From NCBI GenBank assembly GCA_014654705.1, contig JACVZY010000111.1:54785-118784 (forward strand): a stretch of DNA of 64,000 nucleotides, given 5' to 3'. The DNA comes from Ignavibacteria bacterium. Its GTDB lineage: Bacteria > Bacteroidota > Ignavibacteria > Kapaibacteriales > UBA4661. Shown one piece after another: positions 9,713 through 21,176 of this stretch (positions are counted from its first letter, which is position 1; every line of letters begins with the position of its first letter). The notes under the pieces were generated by a model that saw only the letters and a program-made list of their open reading frames with translations, ran no database searches and was not told the DNA's origin. Made by a program: the position numbers and the translations under genes.

Positions 9713-10807
9713 ATGCAAGCGCTCTATCAAAAAATCGTTATCAAAGTCGGAACAAATGTTCTTTCCGAGGACAACGGACTTCTCGACCCCGCCGTCATGG
9801 AGAGGCTCGTGGCAGATATTGCTGCACTCAAGGCGCAGGGAATACAGGTTGTGTTGGTCTCATCCGGGGCAGTTGGCTCAGGGCGTTCAGTAGTGCGGCT
9901 ACCCGAAAAAACGCCGACGGTTACTTCGCGGCAGGTTCTCGCTGCCGTCGGGCAAGTGCGGCTTATGAACATTTACGCAGATCTTTTTGAGAAGCATAAT
10001 CTCCTGTGCGCTCAGGTGCTCGTTACCAAAGAAGATTTCCGTGATCGTCGTCATTACTTGAATATGCAAAACTGTCTGGAGGGTTTGCTTGCGCAAGGAA
10101 TTGTGCCGATTGTGAACGAAAATGACGTGGTGTCGGTAACAGAGCTGATGTTCACCGACAACGATGAGCTTTCGGGGCTACTCTCCTCCATGATTCAAGC
10201 AAATGCTTTAGTTATCTTGACCAATGTGGATGGTGTTTTTGACGGTAATCCAAGTAATCCCTCATCAAAACTCATTTCTACCATTGACACGCGCAAGCTG
10301 AAGGTAGAAAGTTTTATTGCACCCGAAAAATCGTCTTTCGGGCGTGGCGGTATGCTCACCAAAGCCGGAATTGCTCATAAACTCTCACTGGTGGGCATTA
10401 CGGTTCGTATTGCCAATGGCAAAACGCCTCATATTTTGATGGATATTGCAGGCGGTAAATCCGTCGGCACAACGTTTCTTCCACAAAAGAGTGCTTCGAG
10501 TATCAAGCGCTGGGTTGCCCACGCCGAAGGGTATGAAAAAGGAACGGTTTTTATCAATGACGGCGCTGCCAGTGCGCTTGGTGCTTCGGATAAAGCGGTA
10601 AGCGTTCTGCCTGTTGGCGTAACGCGCATCGATGGTGATTTTGAAAAGGGTGATATTGTGCGCCTCGTTCGTGACGACGGTTCGGCTTCAGGGCAAGCAC
10701 TCGGCTACGGGATGGCACAGTACAACGACACTCGCGCACGAGAGCTTATCGGGCAAACAAACCAAAAGCCGCTTATCCATTACGATTATCTGTTTTTGAA
10801 GCAGTAG
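9713..10807 (+). CDS. proB: glutamate 5-kinase
   Basis: Amino-acid kinase motifs KVGTNVL and VSSGAVGSG, plus a C-terminal PUA-like segment. Immediately followed by proA. Confidence 0.9.
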   Translation: MQALYQKIVIKVGTNVLSEDNGLLDPAVMERLVADIAALKAQGIQVVLVSSGAVGSGRSVVRLPEKTPTVTSRQVLAAVGQVRLMNIYADLFEKHNLLCAQVLVTKEDFRDRRHYLNMQNCLEGLLAQGIVPIVNENDVVSVTELMFTDNDELSGLLSSMIQANALVILTNVDGVFDGNPSNPSSKLISTIDTRKLKVESFIAPEKSSFGRGGMLTKAGIAHKLSLVGITVRIANGKTPHILMDIAGGKSVGTTFLPQKSASSIKRWVAHAEGYEKGTVFINDGAASALGASDKAVSVLPVGVTRIDGDFEKGDIVRLVRDDGSASGQALGYGMAQYNDTRARELIGQTNQKPLIHYDYLFLKQ

Positions 10808-10876
10808 TTTCTCAAGCAATAGTTTTGAAAAAAATTTTTGAAGCACTATTTTTCGATCCAACTAATCTCCCCCATA

Positions 10877-12127
10877 ATGACTGATATTTATAGCCGTCTC
10901 CGCAAAGCACAAGCTGCAAGCGCTGCCATTGCTCAACTCTCCGATGCGGAACGTGCGGCGATTATTCTTGAAATGGCTGACCGTGTTGAAGATTCTGCAA
11001 GTGCGCTGGTACAAGAAAACAAACGCGATTTGGAAAGAATGGACACGAGCAACCCAAAATATGACCGCCTCATGCTCACCGAAAGCCGCATTACATCTAT
11101 TGCCCACGATATGCGCTCGGTAGCACGGCTGCCCTCACCGCTTGGTATTGTCAGTGAAGAGAAAGTGCTGGCAAATGGTATTGCCTTGAAAAAAATTTCT
11201 GTGCCGATGGGAGTTATCGGAATCATATACGAAGCGCGACCAAATGTTACGCTGGATGCACTCGCACTCTGCTTCAAAGCCGGAAGCGCTTGCGTTCTCA
11301 AAGGAGGAAGCGATGCACAATTTTCCAACATTGCGCTGGAAGAAACTGTTCGCTCAGTGCTGACTGCTCACGGTCTGCCCGAAGAAGCGCTTGTACTCAT
11401 GCCGCCCGACCGTGAATCCACCACCCAGATACTGAATGCTGTGGGCTTGATCGATGTTATCATTCCTCGCGGGTCGCAGGGATTGATTGATTTTGTGCGA
11501 CAAAATTCACGAGTACCTGTCATCGAAACCGGTGCAGGCATTGTACACACGTACTTCGACGCAAGCGGCAACCTTGAGAAAGGGTCTGCAATAATCTTTA
11601 ATGCAAAGACACGCCGCGTGAGTGTTTGCAACGCGCTCGACACGCTCCTTGTCCACAAAGACCGACTTGCAGACCTTCCTCGTTTAGTCGAGAAACTTAT
11701 CTCAAAAAATGTTCAAATTTTTGCTGATAGCCAAGCATTTGAGAGCCTTGTGAGACATTACCCCGAAACGTTGCTTGCACAGGCAGAAGAGAAGCATTTC
11801 GGTACGGAATTTCTGGATTACAAAATGAGTATCAAAACAGTAAGTGGCTTGAAATCAGCATTAGAACACATAGCAACGTACAGTTCCAAACATAGTGAAG
11901 CCATCATTGCTGAAGATGAAGCGGTTTGCGATGAGTTTTTACGCCGCGTGGATGCTGCTGTTGTCTATGCCAATGCTTCGACTGCGTTCACGGATGGCGG
12001 ACAATTTGAGATGGGAGCAGAAATCGGAATTTCTACCCAAAAACTCCACGCACGAGGTCCGATGGCACTGCGAGAAATCACAAGCTACAAATGGATTGCT
12101 CGCGGAAACGGACAAGTACGCGACTAA
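10877..12127 (+). CDS. proA: gamma-glutamyl phosphate reductase
   Basis: Aldehyde-dehydrogenase-like sequence with the catalytic Cys context [13 protein letters not shown] and [12 protein letters not shown] at 10877 is preferred over the TTG at 10838. Confidence 0.9.
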   Translation: MTDIYSRLRKAQAASAAIAQLSDAERAAIILEMADRVEDSASALVQENKRDLERMDTSNPKYDRLMLTESRITSIAHDMRSVARLPSPLGIVSEEKVLANGIALKKISVPMGVIGIIYEARPNVTLDALALCFKAGSACVLKGGSDAQFSNIALEETVRSVLTAHGLPEEALVLMPPDRESTTQILNAVGLIDVIIPRGSQGLIDFVRQNSRVPVIETGAGIVHTYFDASGNLEKGSAIIFNAKTRRVSVCNALDTLLVHKDRLADLPRLVEKLISKNVQIFADSQAFESLVRHYPETLLAQAEEKHFGTEFLDYKMSIKTVSGLKSALEHIATYSSKHSEAIIAEDEAVCDEFLRRVDAAVVYANASTAFTDGGQFEMGAEIGISTQKLHARGPMALREITSYKWIARGNGQVRD

Positions 12128-12192
12128 CAAATCAAGCAAATACTCTCCTTCGCACTTAAACTCAACCTTCTAAACTCAACACTTCCTTCGCT

Positions 12193-13059
12193 ATGCTGCC
12201 AGATTTTTCTGCTATTGTTCCAATTATTGTTCAAAAGGCACTGGAATACCAAAATACACTTCCCACACGCGGGGATGCAAAAATGTTTGCAGAGGGCATA
12301 TTGCAAGCACTTTTCCCGCATTTTGCTTCTTCTGAGGAGGATTGCTGCGAGGAAAATTCAGAAGCGCAACTTGCATCAATGTATCATTTGCTCATTCGCA
12401 TCTTGAGTCCGTACCAAAAGCAGATAGCATCAAAAGTGGAGGATGTTGCGGCGATTTTTTTTCACCGTCTGCCGCAGATTTACGATATGCTCTGGCTTGA
12501 TGCTGAGTCCATTTTTCAAGGCGACCCCGCCGCAGAGAGCATCGAAGAAGTGATTCTGGCATATCCGGGCTTTCATGCCACAGCGGTCTATCGGATTGCA
12601 CACGAATTTTATCGGCAAAACATTCCTCTTTTCCCGCGCTTGCTGGCAGAATATGCGCACAGCACAACCAGCATTGACATTCACCCCGGGGCAATCATTG
12701 GCGAGCGGTTTTGCATTGACCACGGAACGGGAATTGTCATTGGCGAAACAACAAAGATTGGGAACAATGTGAAAATCTATCAGGGCGTAACGTTGGGTGC
12801 GCTCAGTGTCAAAAAATCCCTTGCCGAGACCAAGCGCCATCCGACGATTGAAGATAATGTTGTGATTTATTCCAACGCAACTATTCTTGGCGGGCAAACA
12901 GTCATCGGAGCAAACAGTGTTATCGGCGGCAACGTCTGGCTCACGCAGAGTATTCCGGCTCATTCTCTCGTCTATCATACCAGCCAAATTCGTATTCAGT
13001 CTGCCGAAGGGAAGGGCTACGAAATGCAGGAATCCGACGCATTTGACTTTGTGATATGA
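12193..13059 (+). CDS. cysE: serine O-acetyltransferase
   Basis: Left-handed beta-helix hexapeptide repeats (IDIHPGAIIGERFCIDHGTGIVIGETTKIGNNVKIYQGVTLG). Adjacent to cysK. Confidence 0.85.
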   Translation: MLPDFSAIVPIIVQKALEYQNTLPTRGDAKMFAEGILQALFPHFASSEEDCCEENSEAQLASMYHLLIRILSPYQKQIASKVEDVAAIFFHRLPQIYDMLWLDAESIFQGDPAAESIEEVILAYPGFHATAVYRIAHEFYRQNIPLFPRLLAEYAHSTTSIDIHPGAIIGERFCIDHGTGIVIGETTKIGNNVKIYQGVTLGALSVKKSLAETKRHPTIEDNVVIYSNATILGGQTVIGANSVIGGNVWLTQSIPAHSLVYHTSQIRIQSAEGKGYEMQESDAFDFVI

Positions 13060-13155
13060 AGCGCTTCAGATTATGGTTGAAATTCAATTCGGCTTATTCA
13101 GAAAATTCAGTAAATTAAACTCTCAACATTTTTCCTCACACATTTTGCGTCTCAA

Positions 13156-14073
13156 ATGAAAGCACAATCCATCCTTGAAACCATCGGCAACACGCCACAC
13201 GTGCGCATTCGCAATCTTTTCGCTCCACCGGCAGAAGTCTGGATGAAATTGGAACGTGCCAATCCGGGCGGTAGCATCAAAGACCGCATCGCGCTGTCCA
13301 TGATTGAAGATGCGGAGGAACGAGGGCTACTCACCAACGATAGCGTTATTATTGAACCAACCTCCGGCAATACAGGCATTGGTCTGGCTATGGTGGCTGC
13401 GGTAAAGGGCTATAAATTGATTTTGGTGATGCCGGAGTCCATGTCTATTGAGCGCCGACGCATCATGGCGGCATATGGAGCAACTTTCGAGCTGACACCT
13501 CGCGAAAAAGGAATGAAAGGCGCAATTGCCAAAGCAGAAGAACTTGTGCGCGACCTTCCGAAAGCATGGATGCCGTCGCAGTTTGAAAACGAAGCCAATA
13601 TCCGCGTTCACGCCAAAACAACTGCACAAGAAATCATCACCGATTTTCCTGATGGACTTGATTACTTGATTACCGGCGTTGGCACGGGCGGTCACATTAC
13701 CGGTTGTGCCGGAGCGCTTAAGGCAAAATTTCCTCAATTAAAAGTATTCGCCGTCGAACCAGCGCTCTCGCCCGTCATTAGCGGTGGTCAGCCATCGCCG
13801 CACCCGATTCAAGGTATTGGTGCAGGGTTTATACCGAAAAATTTGCACACTGAAGCACTTGACGGCATCATACAAGTCTCGAAAGATGCTGCCTTTGAAT
13901 ACGCCGTGCGTACTGCAAAAGAAGAAGGAATTTTTGTTGGCATTTCGTCTGGCGCTTCGCTTGCGGCTGTGGCACAGAAATTACCCGAAGTAGCAAAAGG
14001 CGCACGAGTGCTGACGTTCTGCTATGATACCGGCGAACGGTATTTGTCTATTGATGGTTTGTTTGCGGCGTAA
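13156..14073 (+). CDS. cysK: cysteine synthase A (O-acetylserine sulfhydrylase)
   Basis: PLP-lysine motif NPGGSIKDR, together with TSGNTG and [10 protein letters not shown]. Confidence 0.9.
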   Translation: MKAQSILETIGNTPHVRIRNLFAPPAEVWMKLERANPGGSIKDRIALSMIEDAEERGLLTNDSVIIEPTSGNTGIGLAMVAAVKGYKLILVMPESMSIERRRIMAAYGATFELTPREKGMKGAIAKAEELVRDLPKAWMPSQFENEANIRVHAKTTAQEIITDFPDGLDYLITGVGTGGHITGCAGALKAKFPQLKVFAVEPALSPVISGGQPSPHPIQGIGAGFIPKNLHTEALDGIIQVSKDAAFEYAVRTAKEEGIFVGISSGASLAAVAQKLPEVAKGARVLTFCYDTGERYLSIDGLFAA

Positions 14074-14085
14074 AAGAGCGCTTCA

Positions 14086-14805
14086 TTGTCACATTTATTT
14101 TTTGCTATCGTGCAAACAACCGAGTCAATACGTCTTTTTATTGTGGACGACCACGAACTTATTCGCTACGCCATGGAATCGTGGATGGCACAAGATACTG
14201 CGTCGTCCACGCTGCCGCCTGAGCCTGCTATTAGGGTTGTCGGGACAGCTTCAAACGGGCAGGACGCACTTTCAGGGGTGCGTTCGCTGCAAAAAACCGA
14301 TACTGCTCCTAATTTCTTGCTCATTGATTTCCAATTACCCGATATGCTCGGCTCTGAGGTGATACAAACGCTACGCGCAGAAGGAATCACAAGCGAACAA
14401 ATGCGGGCACTCGTGATGACCGGCATGGAAAATGCTCCGGTCAAAAGCATTTTGTCAAGTGGGGCGAACGGTTACCTTTCCAAAAAAGAATCAAGCACCA
14501 CTTTTCTGTCAGCTATGCGCCAAGTCTTCTTGAAGCCCGACGACCTCTGGCTTAATCCCGCCGAAGCAAAACGGATGCTGAACGCAGAGCGCTCACTGAC
14601 AACCGCCGGAATTACTTCTGCCGAAAAAAATGTCTTACGCTTGCTGTACCTGTCCAATGAAGAAATAGCCGAAGCGCTCAACATCAGTCGGGGAACGGTG
14701 AAAAATCACCTGAACAATATGTATTCAAAGCTCGGCATTAACTCACGCCCCGAAGCAGTTCAGTTTGCATTAAAAGTGGGTCTTCTCCCAAAACATCACA
14801 GCTAG
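14086..14805 (+). CDS. response regulator, REC + LuxR-type HTH
   Basis: Receiver motifs (IVDDHELIR, LLIDFQLPDMLG) and a C-terminal LuxR HTH (LSNEEIAEALNISRGTVKNHLNNMYSKLGI). The start is uncertain: TTG 14086 or GTG 14110. Confidence 0.8.
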   Translation: MSHLFFAIVQTTESIRLFIVDDHELIRYAMESWMAQDTASSTLPPEPAIRVVGTASNGQDALSGVRSLQKTDTAPNFLLIDFQLPDMLGSEVIQTLRAEGITSEQMRALVMTGMENAPVKSILSSGANGYLSKKESSTTFLSAMRQVFLKPDDLWLNPAEAKRMLNAERSLTTAGITSAEKNVLRLLYLSNEEIAEALNISRGTVKNHLNNMYSKLGINSRPEAVQFALKVGLLPKHHS

Positions 14806-14848
14806 AGACTACCTAATCTCCCAACGCCTTACCTACCATTTCAGCAGT

Positions 14849-16096
14849 ATGAATGTTTCCAACACCGATTCTTCAGTAGCAGCACCGTCAAATCTTTCCG
14901 AGCGTTCACCGTGCATTTTGATTGTGGACGATATGATGGAAAATTTGCAGGCACTTCGGGGACGCTTGCGTTTGAAACATTACTCACTCAGTGAGGCAAC
15001 AAGCGGTTCGGAGGCACTTGACTATCTCCAAAAATGTATTGCGGATAATGCACCTTTGCCCGATCTCATTTTGCTGGACGTTCAGATGCCGGAAATGGAT
15101 GGATTTGAGGTGTGTCGCATTTTGAAGGCAGACGAAAACTTGCGCGAAATCCCAGTTATTTTCATTACCGCTCGGAGCGAAATGGATTTTATTGTGGAGG
15201 GTTTTAATGCCGGAGCAGTGGATTATGTCATCAAACCATTCCACGCAACCGAGCTTCTGACGCGCGTTAAGACACATCTGGATCTCAAGTTCTCACGCGA
15301 TTCGCTGCGCAATAACAATGAGCTTTTGGAAAAACTTAACCGTGAGAAGAGCGAATTCATGGGTATCGCAGCGCACGACCTCAAAAATCCTCTCGCCACA
15401 GTGCGCTGGCTTACAGACTCTCTCAAATCGGGCACACTTCCGCCGGAAAAATCTGCTGAAACATTGGACAACATAACGCTTGCCGTTGAAAGAATGTTTC
15501 GACTGGTTAAAAATCTTTTAGACGTAAATGCAATCGAAGAAGGTGCGGTACTATCTGGCAGCGATAACCACGACGATTCTCCTTTGCATCTTCCCGCCGA
15601 AAACATCAATCTTGTTTTTGCGGCTGCCGATGTACTGGCGAACTACGAAGCGCAGGCGGCGCAAAAGAGCATCAGCACAACCTTTGCCAATAACGCCCCG
15701 AATGCAACCATTCGCATCAACGCAGAAATTCTCAGCCAAATTTTGGACAATCTTATTTCCAATGCGTTGAAGTATTCGCCACGCGAAACAACCGTTTCAG
15801 TGAACGTGAGCGGCAATGAAGACTTCGCACGGGTTTCAGTTCAGGACGAAGGCGTAGGCATTCCGCCGGAAGAGGCTTCGCGGCTTTTTACTAAATTCGG
15901 CACGCTTTCGGCAAAGCCCACAGGTGGCGAGGATTCCACAGGCTTAGGGCTATTCATTGTTAAAAAGCTCACCGAAGCAGCTGGAGGAAGTGTACACTTT
16001 GCGCCAGCAGACAAACGAGGTTCAATCTTTAGTGTACAATTTCCGGTTGTAAAGCGAGTACGAAGCGCCGACAACGAAAGCGAGGATGACGAATGA
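14849..16096 (+). CDS. hybrid response-regulator/histidine kinase (REC-HisKA-HATPase)
   Basis: REC motifs ILIVDD...LILLDVQMPEMDGFEV, H-box FMGIAAHDLKNPL and G-box GLGLFIVKKL. Confidence 0.8.
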   Translation: MNVSNTDSSVAAPSNLSERSPCILIVDDMMENLQALRGRLRLKHYSLSEATSGSEALDYLQKCIADNAPLPDLILLDVQMPEMDGFEVCRILKADENLREIPVIFITARSEMDFIVEGFNAGAVDYVIKPFHATELLTRVKTHLDLKFSRDSLRNNNELLEKLNREKSEFMGIAAHDLKNPLATVRWLTDSLKSGTLPPEKSAETLDNITLAVERMFRLVKNLLDVNAIEEGAVLSGSDNHDDSPLHLPAENINLVFAAADVLANYEAQAAQKSISTTFANNAPNATIRINAEILSQILDNLISNALKYSPRETTVSVNVSGNEDFARVSVQDEGVGIPPEEASRLFTKFGTLSAKPTGGEDSTGLGLFIVKKLTEAAGGSVHFAPADKRGSIFSVQFPVVKRVRSADNESEDDE

Positions 16097-18411
16097 ATAT
16101 CTCGCCTCCCAATGCACCGTTAGCAGGCAAATCGTTCGGCGACTTCACAAGTCGCTTCACAGCTCGCTTCACGACGAAACTGACGCTAACAATTATGGCA
16201 GCGGCAATTCTACCGACCGCACTTGTTGGATATTTGTGCATTCAAACGGCTCTCCAAAGCCAAAAGAGTACGGCACGAGAATACTATTTCGCAACCGCCG
16301 AGCGCGTACAAGACAAGCTCATGCACCGCGTGGAAACAGCATCAAACCTGCTCTCCAGCGCTACGACTGTGCTTGCCAATCGCAAAATTGAGGAAGGCTC
16401 GGCGATAGAAGCAGTCCGCTCCATGCTTGCCACCACCGACGATGTGAATGCACTTGGCATATACGACACACAAGGGAATGCAGTGGAAATACTCGCCAAG
16501 CAGCGCAAAAACGCGCTTCCGAATAAACTACCTGAATCGTACCTACACAAAATAAGAGAATATAGCAAATCACAAATGGTCATAGTGAGTTCGCCGGAAG
16601 TACTTCTGGATGGAACTCTCCCTGTGCTGCCGATTTGCGCAGCATGGAAGTCGCAGTTGAATCAAAATGCACAAAACTCAACGTCTGCTTCGGCGATTAT
16701 CGGCTTCGTGGTTGTTGCGCTTGAAAGCGAGTACTTGTGCTCTCTGGCGGAAAATATTTCATCGCAAATGTTTGCCGGAGCGGGCGGACGAGTAACAATT
16801 GTAGATTCAACGCTCCGCGTACTGGCGCATACCGACCGCAAGCGCGTGGAGCGTGGTGAATCCTTGCGCGGCAAAGATATTTTTGCGACGACCACCTTCC
16901 AAAATGGTCTGTCGGAATACGTCGGCGCAGTGCAAGAATATACGGCTGCGAACGACGAACCAATGCTTGGTGTAGCACTCTTTATGCCGCTTTTGCGCAT
17001 GGTGATTGTTGTGGAAGAACCACAGTCGCTTGCCTATCGCGGACTGTCCGTCATGCGCCGCAATGCAATTCTCTGGACTTTGGGGTGCGCCTTTCTTGCG
17101 GGACTTGCGTGTATTATTTTGGCACGTCAATTCTCGAAACCGGTGCAACGTCTCGTGGAAGCGTCTTCTGTCCTTGCGCTGCAGGATTTCTCACTCAGGA
17201 TGCCCACTGAACGCACTGATGAATTTGGTCTGCTCTACGCCACTTTCAATCACGTTGCCACGGAGCTTGGTAAATATCAACGGCTCAACATTCATCAAAT
17301 CATTTCCGAGCGGCATAAACTCGAAACGGTAGTGCGGCAAGCAAACGACGGTATTCTGCTTTTGGACAGCGATCAAAAAATCGTGATTGTCAATAGCATT
17401 TTCGGCGCGTGGTTTGGTGTGGATAGTGCAAGCGAAGGAAGAAGTATTGATGTACTTACAACAAACGGTAGCGGCGTGGGCGAAGTGCGTAGTACCGTAC
17501 AAAAACTTGCCGCCAGCACTGACACAGTGAGTCATTGCGAGTTCACCGTCAAGACAAGCACGGAATTGAACGAGCGCATTGTTCGTGGCTCGCTCATTAA
17601 GATTTTCGCTGAAATACCTCGTCCAGATTCTCACCCCGAATATAATCCCGAAGGCGATTCGGCTCACACACAACCATCGCCAACGGCATTTCTTTTTCTA
17701 CTGAGAGATGTGACGCGCGAAGTAGAAACCGATAGGCTCAAAACGGAGCTTGTGGCAGTGGTGGCGCATGAGTTACGATCGCCGCTCAATAGTATTTATG
17801 GATTGGCAGAACTCATCGGGGAGGGGATTTTGGATGCAGAGGAGACGGTAGAATATGGGAGGACTATTGCTTCGCAGAGCCGTAAGCTAGCAGACATCAT
17901 CAATAAATTTCTTGACCTGAGCCGCTTGGAATCAGGCAAAACAGATATTCGGCACGTGCCGGTGAAGCTTGACGACGTTATTCGCACCGCAATAAAAACA
18001 AATGCCCCGCTTGCTGCTAAAAAATCCATGCGTATTGAAACTCGGCTTCCGGATGAGATTCTTACGGCAAAGGGCGACCCTGATTTGCTCGTACAAGTGT
18101 TGGTCAATCTTATCAGCAACGCAATCAAATACTCGCTGCCGGAAAAACCGATTATTGCAGAAATTCGTAACGAAAAAGGAGCTATTCGTGTTCTTGTTAC
18201 CGACGAAGGCTACGGAATCTCGGCTTCATCTCAAAAAAAACTCTTCACAAAATTTTTTCGTGCAAACGATGATAAGCGTATCAAAAATGAATCGGGCACC
18301 GGTCTGGGTCTGGCTTTTGTCAAACAGATTATTGAGCAGCACGGCGGCGAAGTAGGCGTAGAAAGCCGCTTGGGCGAAGGCTCGACGTTTTGGTTTCGGC
18401 TTCCGGTTTAA
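16093..18411 (+). CDS. sensor histidine kinase (extracytoplasmic sensor, HAMP, PAS-like, HisKA, HATPase)
   Basis: 4-bp ATGA overlap with the upstream gene. Two TM segments flank a loop of roughly 290 aa. H-box [12 protein letters not shown], plus [18 protein letters not shown]. Confidence 0.8.
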   Translation: MNISPPNAPLAGKSFGDFTSRFTARFTTKLTLTIMAAAILPTALVGYLCIQTALQSQKSTAREYYFATAERVQDKLMHRVETASNLLSSATTVLANRKIEEGSAIEAVRSMLATTDDVNALGIYDTQGNAVEILAKQRKNALPNKLPESYLHKIREYSKSQMVIVSSPEVLLDGTLPVLPICAAWKSQLNQNAQNSTSASAIIGFVVVALESEYLCSLAENISSQMFAGAGGRVTIVDSTLRVLAHTDRKRVERGESLRGKDIFATTTFQNGLSEYVGAVQEYTAANDEPMLGVALFMPLLRMVIVVEEPQSLAYRGLSVMRRNAILWTLGCAFLAGLACIILARQFSKPVQRLVEASSVLALQDFSLRMPTERTDEFGLLYATFNHVATELGKYQRLNIHQIISERHKLETVVRQANDGILLLDSDQKIVIVNSIFGAWFGVDSASEGRSIDVLTTNGSGVGEVRSTVQKLAASTDTVSHCEFTVKTSTELNERIVRGSLIKIFAEIPRPDSHPEYNPEGDSAHTQPSPTAFLFLLRDVTREVETDRLKTELVAVVAHELRSPLNSIYGLAELIGEGILDAEETVEYGRTIASQSRKLADIINKFLDLSRLESGKTDIRHVPVKLDDVIRTAIKTNAPLAAKKSMRIETRLPDEILTAKGDPDLLVQVLVNLISNAIKYSLPEKPIIAEIRNEKGAIRVLVTDEGYGISASSQKKLFTKFFRANDDKRIKNESGTGLGLAFVKQIIEQHGGEVGVESRLGEGSTFWFRLPV

Positions 18412-18458
18412 CTATTGTGGGACATTCTTTGTCATTCTAGGAGTTCAGGAAAATATTT

Positions 18459-19955
18459 ATGAGAATTCAGAAAACATACGACTTACCCTTGCTGGTTTTG
18501 TTATTTTCAATTGTGCTGGCGCTCCAAGTATTCGCCCAAGAAGACTACAATCTCAGTCCGGGCAAAAAAATCATTATCACCGATGCTACTTTCAAGCAAG
18601 GCAGTGCAGTCATCGAAGATTCTCAGCGCTCCGCGTTCGCACGTTTAGCGGAATTCTTGAAAAAACGTGAGCGGCTAAACATAGAAATCGGCGGTCATGC
18701 GGACAATATCGGGAGTGAGCAGCAAAACGTGGCGCTTTCGCTTGGAAGGGCAGAAGCGGTGAGAGAATTTTTGGTGATGAGCGGAATTGCTTCCAGCCGT
18801 ATGCGCACTCGAGGCTACGGCTCACAGTTGCCCATTGCAAGCAACAACGACGAAAGCGGTCGAACGAAAAATCGCCGCGTCGAAATTATCGGACTCAGCG
18901 CCTTTTCGGGAAAACTTCTTGCTTCACCCGACGGGAAAGCACTTCCACCGGAAGCACGAATCACCATGCTCAAACCGCCTGTGCGCGTCATGCCGGCATG
19001 GGAGGGCGATTGGCAAGAGGCAGTAATTGACCAGCCACTTTACGAAGCCTTTAAAGTCTCAACGCTTGAAGGCGCACGCGCAGACATTACCTTTCGGAAT
19101 AATAGCGTGCTTCACGTTTCGGACGATGCTTTGCTGATGATTTACGGTTTTGATTCTGCTCCAACCCTAGGTGGCGGAACTTCAAGCACGAAGGGGGCAG
19201 ATGCCATTGCAAAAAACATAGAGCTAACGAAAGGAAATCTTTCACTGAAACTCCGAGAAATGCGGGCGCAAGATACTTTTTCTATTCGCACAAAAGTCTC
19301 TGAAGTTGGCTTCAATACATCGTCGCAGAATGCTTCAGCAAAAGTGCGAGTGGATGCACGCGAACGCTCTATTATTTCCGTTCTGGAAGGTCGCGCGAAT
19401 GTAAAAGTAACAGCAAATGACCCTCGAACTGGACAAACTCTGGAAGTAGGCGAAGAATATGGCATTATCGTTGGGGATAGCTCAGAGGATTCCCGCACAC
19501 CGAAGCGATTACCAACCATGCCCGAACTACTTGAGCCTGCGGAGCGCATCACGCCTACCGAATCCGGAGTGGTGTCGTTTCGTTGGTCAAACGGAGGCTT
19601 AACTGCACGGCTTGAAATTGCTGCGAACATTGAATTTACGGAACTGGTCTATAACCAAATCCGCAAGACACAAAGCGCCGAGGTGAATTTACCCGAAGGA
19701 ACATACTTTATACGCCTAACAAGCATTGACAGCATCGGCTTTGAAAGCCGCAGCCGACTTCGTGGATTGGTCATTTCTCGTGAAGTCCCCGACAAGTCCG
19801 CATCAAAGCCTTTTCGCTTTCGGTATGTGGAGTTTGGTTTGCTTGTTCTGGCAGGAGGATGTTTTTGGGCGGGCTTGCTTTTCAACAAAAACATCTTGAA
19901 GCAAATTGCGGCGGGGCTTGTGGCGGTGAGTTTGGTGATGTTTTTGTTATTGTAG
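18459..19955 (+). CDS. OmpA-like / FecR-like domain protein with C-terminal TM anchor
   Basis: Signal peptide, then an OmpA_C-like motif (IGGHADNIGSEQQNVALSLGRAEAVREFL...NRRVEI). A FecR-like middle region follows, and the C-terminus has hydrophobic helices. Confidence 0.6.
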   Translation: MRIQKTYDLPLLVLLFSIVLALQVFAQEDYNLSPGKKIIITDATFKQGSAVIEDSQRSAFARLAEFLKKRERLNIEIGGHADNIGSEQQNVALSLGRAEAVREFLVMSGIASSRMRTRGYGSQLPIASNNDESGRTKNRRVEIIGLSAFSGKLLASPDGKALPPEARITMLKPPVRVMPAWEGDWQEAVIDQPLYEAFKVSTLEGARADITFRNNSVLHVSDDALLMIYGFDSAPTLGGGTSSTKGADAIAKNIELTKGNLSLKLREMRAQDTFSIRTKVSEVGFNTSSQNASAKVRVDARERSIISVLEGRANVKVTANDPRTGQTLEVGEEYGIIVGDSSEDSRTPKRLPTMPELLEPAERITPTESGVVSFRWSNGGLTARLEIAANIEFTELVYNQIRKTQSAEVNLPEGTYFIRLTSIDSIGFESRSRLRGLVISREVPDKSASKPFRFRYVEFGLLVLAGGCFWAGLLFNKNILKQIAAGLVAVSLVMFLLL

Positions 19956-19991
19956 GCTTTATGTTCTGCAATGTGACATGAGTCCAAAACG

Positions 19992-20027
19992 AAAAACGCC
20001 ACGTCTCTTGCCTGACGTAGCGTTTTT
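19992..20027. terminator. bidirectional rho-independent terminator candidate
   Basis: 12-bp stem with one mismatch (AAACGCCACGTC / GACGTAGCGTTT) and an 8-nt loop. An A-run precedes it and a T-run follows. It lies between convergent genes. Confidence 0.6.
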
Positions 20028-20050
20028 CATAGATTCTGTTTGGAGGATTA

Positions 20051-21037
20051 TTAGCTGAGTGGTGCAACCACTTTCGCGCTTGGCTTCATGAGCGCTGCGC
20101 GTACCCATTTACCTTTTTCGTGAGCCATATTGCGTACAGCAAGGCGTTCTTTATTGCACGGTCCGTCGCCGTTCACGACGCGCATAAACTCGCTCCAGTC
20201 GGGTTCGGTGTATTCCCATTTGTTTGTTTCGGTGTTCTTGCGCAGAGCGGGGTCGGGAATGGTAAGCCCAAGTTCCCAAATTTTCGGAATGTACATATTC
20301 AGAAATTGCTGGCGCATATCATCATTGCTCGCAAGTTTGACTTTCCATTTCATAAGTTTTTCAGTATGGACAGACGCTTTATCGGGCGGACCAAAAAAGT
20401 GCATCATTGGCGACCACCAGCGATTAAGCGCTTCTTGGAGCATTTGACGCTGTACTTTTGTGCCTGTGGCAAGCGTAACGGCGTTTTCGTAGCCATACTT
20501 CAAATGGAAGGATTCTTCTTGACAAATGCGTTCCAATGCCCGACAGTAGGGTCCGTACGAACCTTTAGAGTTAATCACTTGATTCACGATAGCTCCCGCA
20601 TCCACAAGCCACGCAATAACAGCAGAATCTGCCCATGTTGGCGTAGGGTAGTTGAATACATTGGAATATTTTGATTTGCCGGAGATGAGATCATTGAGCA
20701 TATCTTCACGCGATTTTCCAAGCGTTTCAGCGGCATTGTAGAGAAGTTGGGCGTGTCCTACTTCATCCTGAACTTTTGCCAAAAGAGCCAGTTTCCGCTT
20801 GAAGCCGGGAGCACGGGTAATCCAGGTGCCTTCCGGTAGAGCACCTATAATCTCAGAGTGCGCATGTTGTTCTATCATCCGAATAAGCTGACGGCGATAC
20901 TCGCAAGGCATCCAGTCGTGCGGCTCGATTTTGTCGCCGCGCTCAATTTTTGCTTCAAATTCAGCGAGAAGTATTGGGTCGTCCTGATACTGCTCAGTCG
21001 AAGTTGGCATATCGCCAACAAATGCGCTTCCGTACAT
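20051..21037 (-). CDS. paaA: 1,2-phenylacetyl-CoA epoxidase subunit A
   Basis: Ferritin-like di-iron ligand motifs ([26 protein letters not shown]), at the typical length of 328 aa. Confidence 0.85.
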   Translation of the reverse strand: MYGSAFVGDMPTSTEQYQDDPILLAEFEAKIERGDKIEPHDWMPCEYRRQLIRMIEQHAHSEIIGALPEGTWITRAPGFKRKLALLAKVQDEVGHAQLLYNAAETLGKSREDMLNDLISGKSKYSNVFNYPTPTWADSAVIAWLVDAGAIVNQVINSKGSYGPYCRALERICQEESFHLKYGYENAVTLATGTKVQRQMLQEALNRWWSPMMHFFGPPDKASVHTEKLMKWKVKLASNDDMRQQFLNMYIPKIWELGLTIPDPALRKNTETNKWEYTEPDWSEFMRVVNGDGPCNKERLAVRNMAHEKGKWVRAALMKPSAKVVAPLS

Positions 21038-21176
21038 AGTAGTTGCGTTCTGAAAGGTTGATAAATACTTGTGTTTGTTTGTACGTTGGTAAACACAAAA
21101 TTACAGAAAAAAGTTCAATTGCGTTCACTTTTTTCGCTTTAAGCGAATACGCAAGCGCAAAAATGCCTTTTACATT

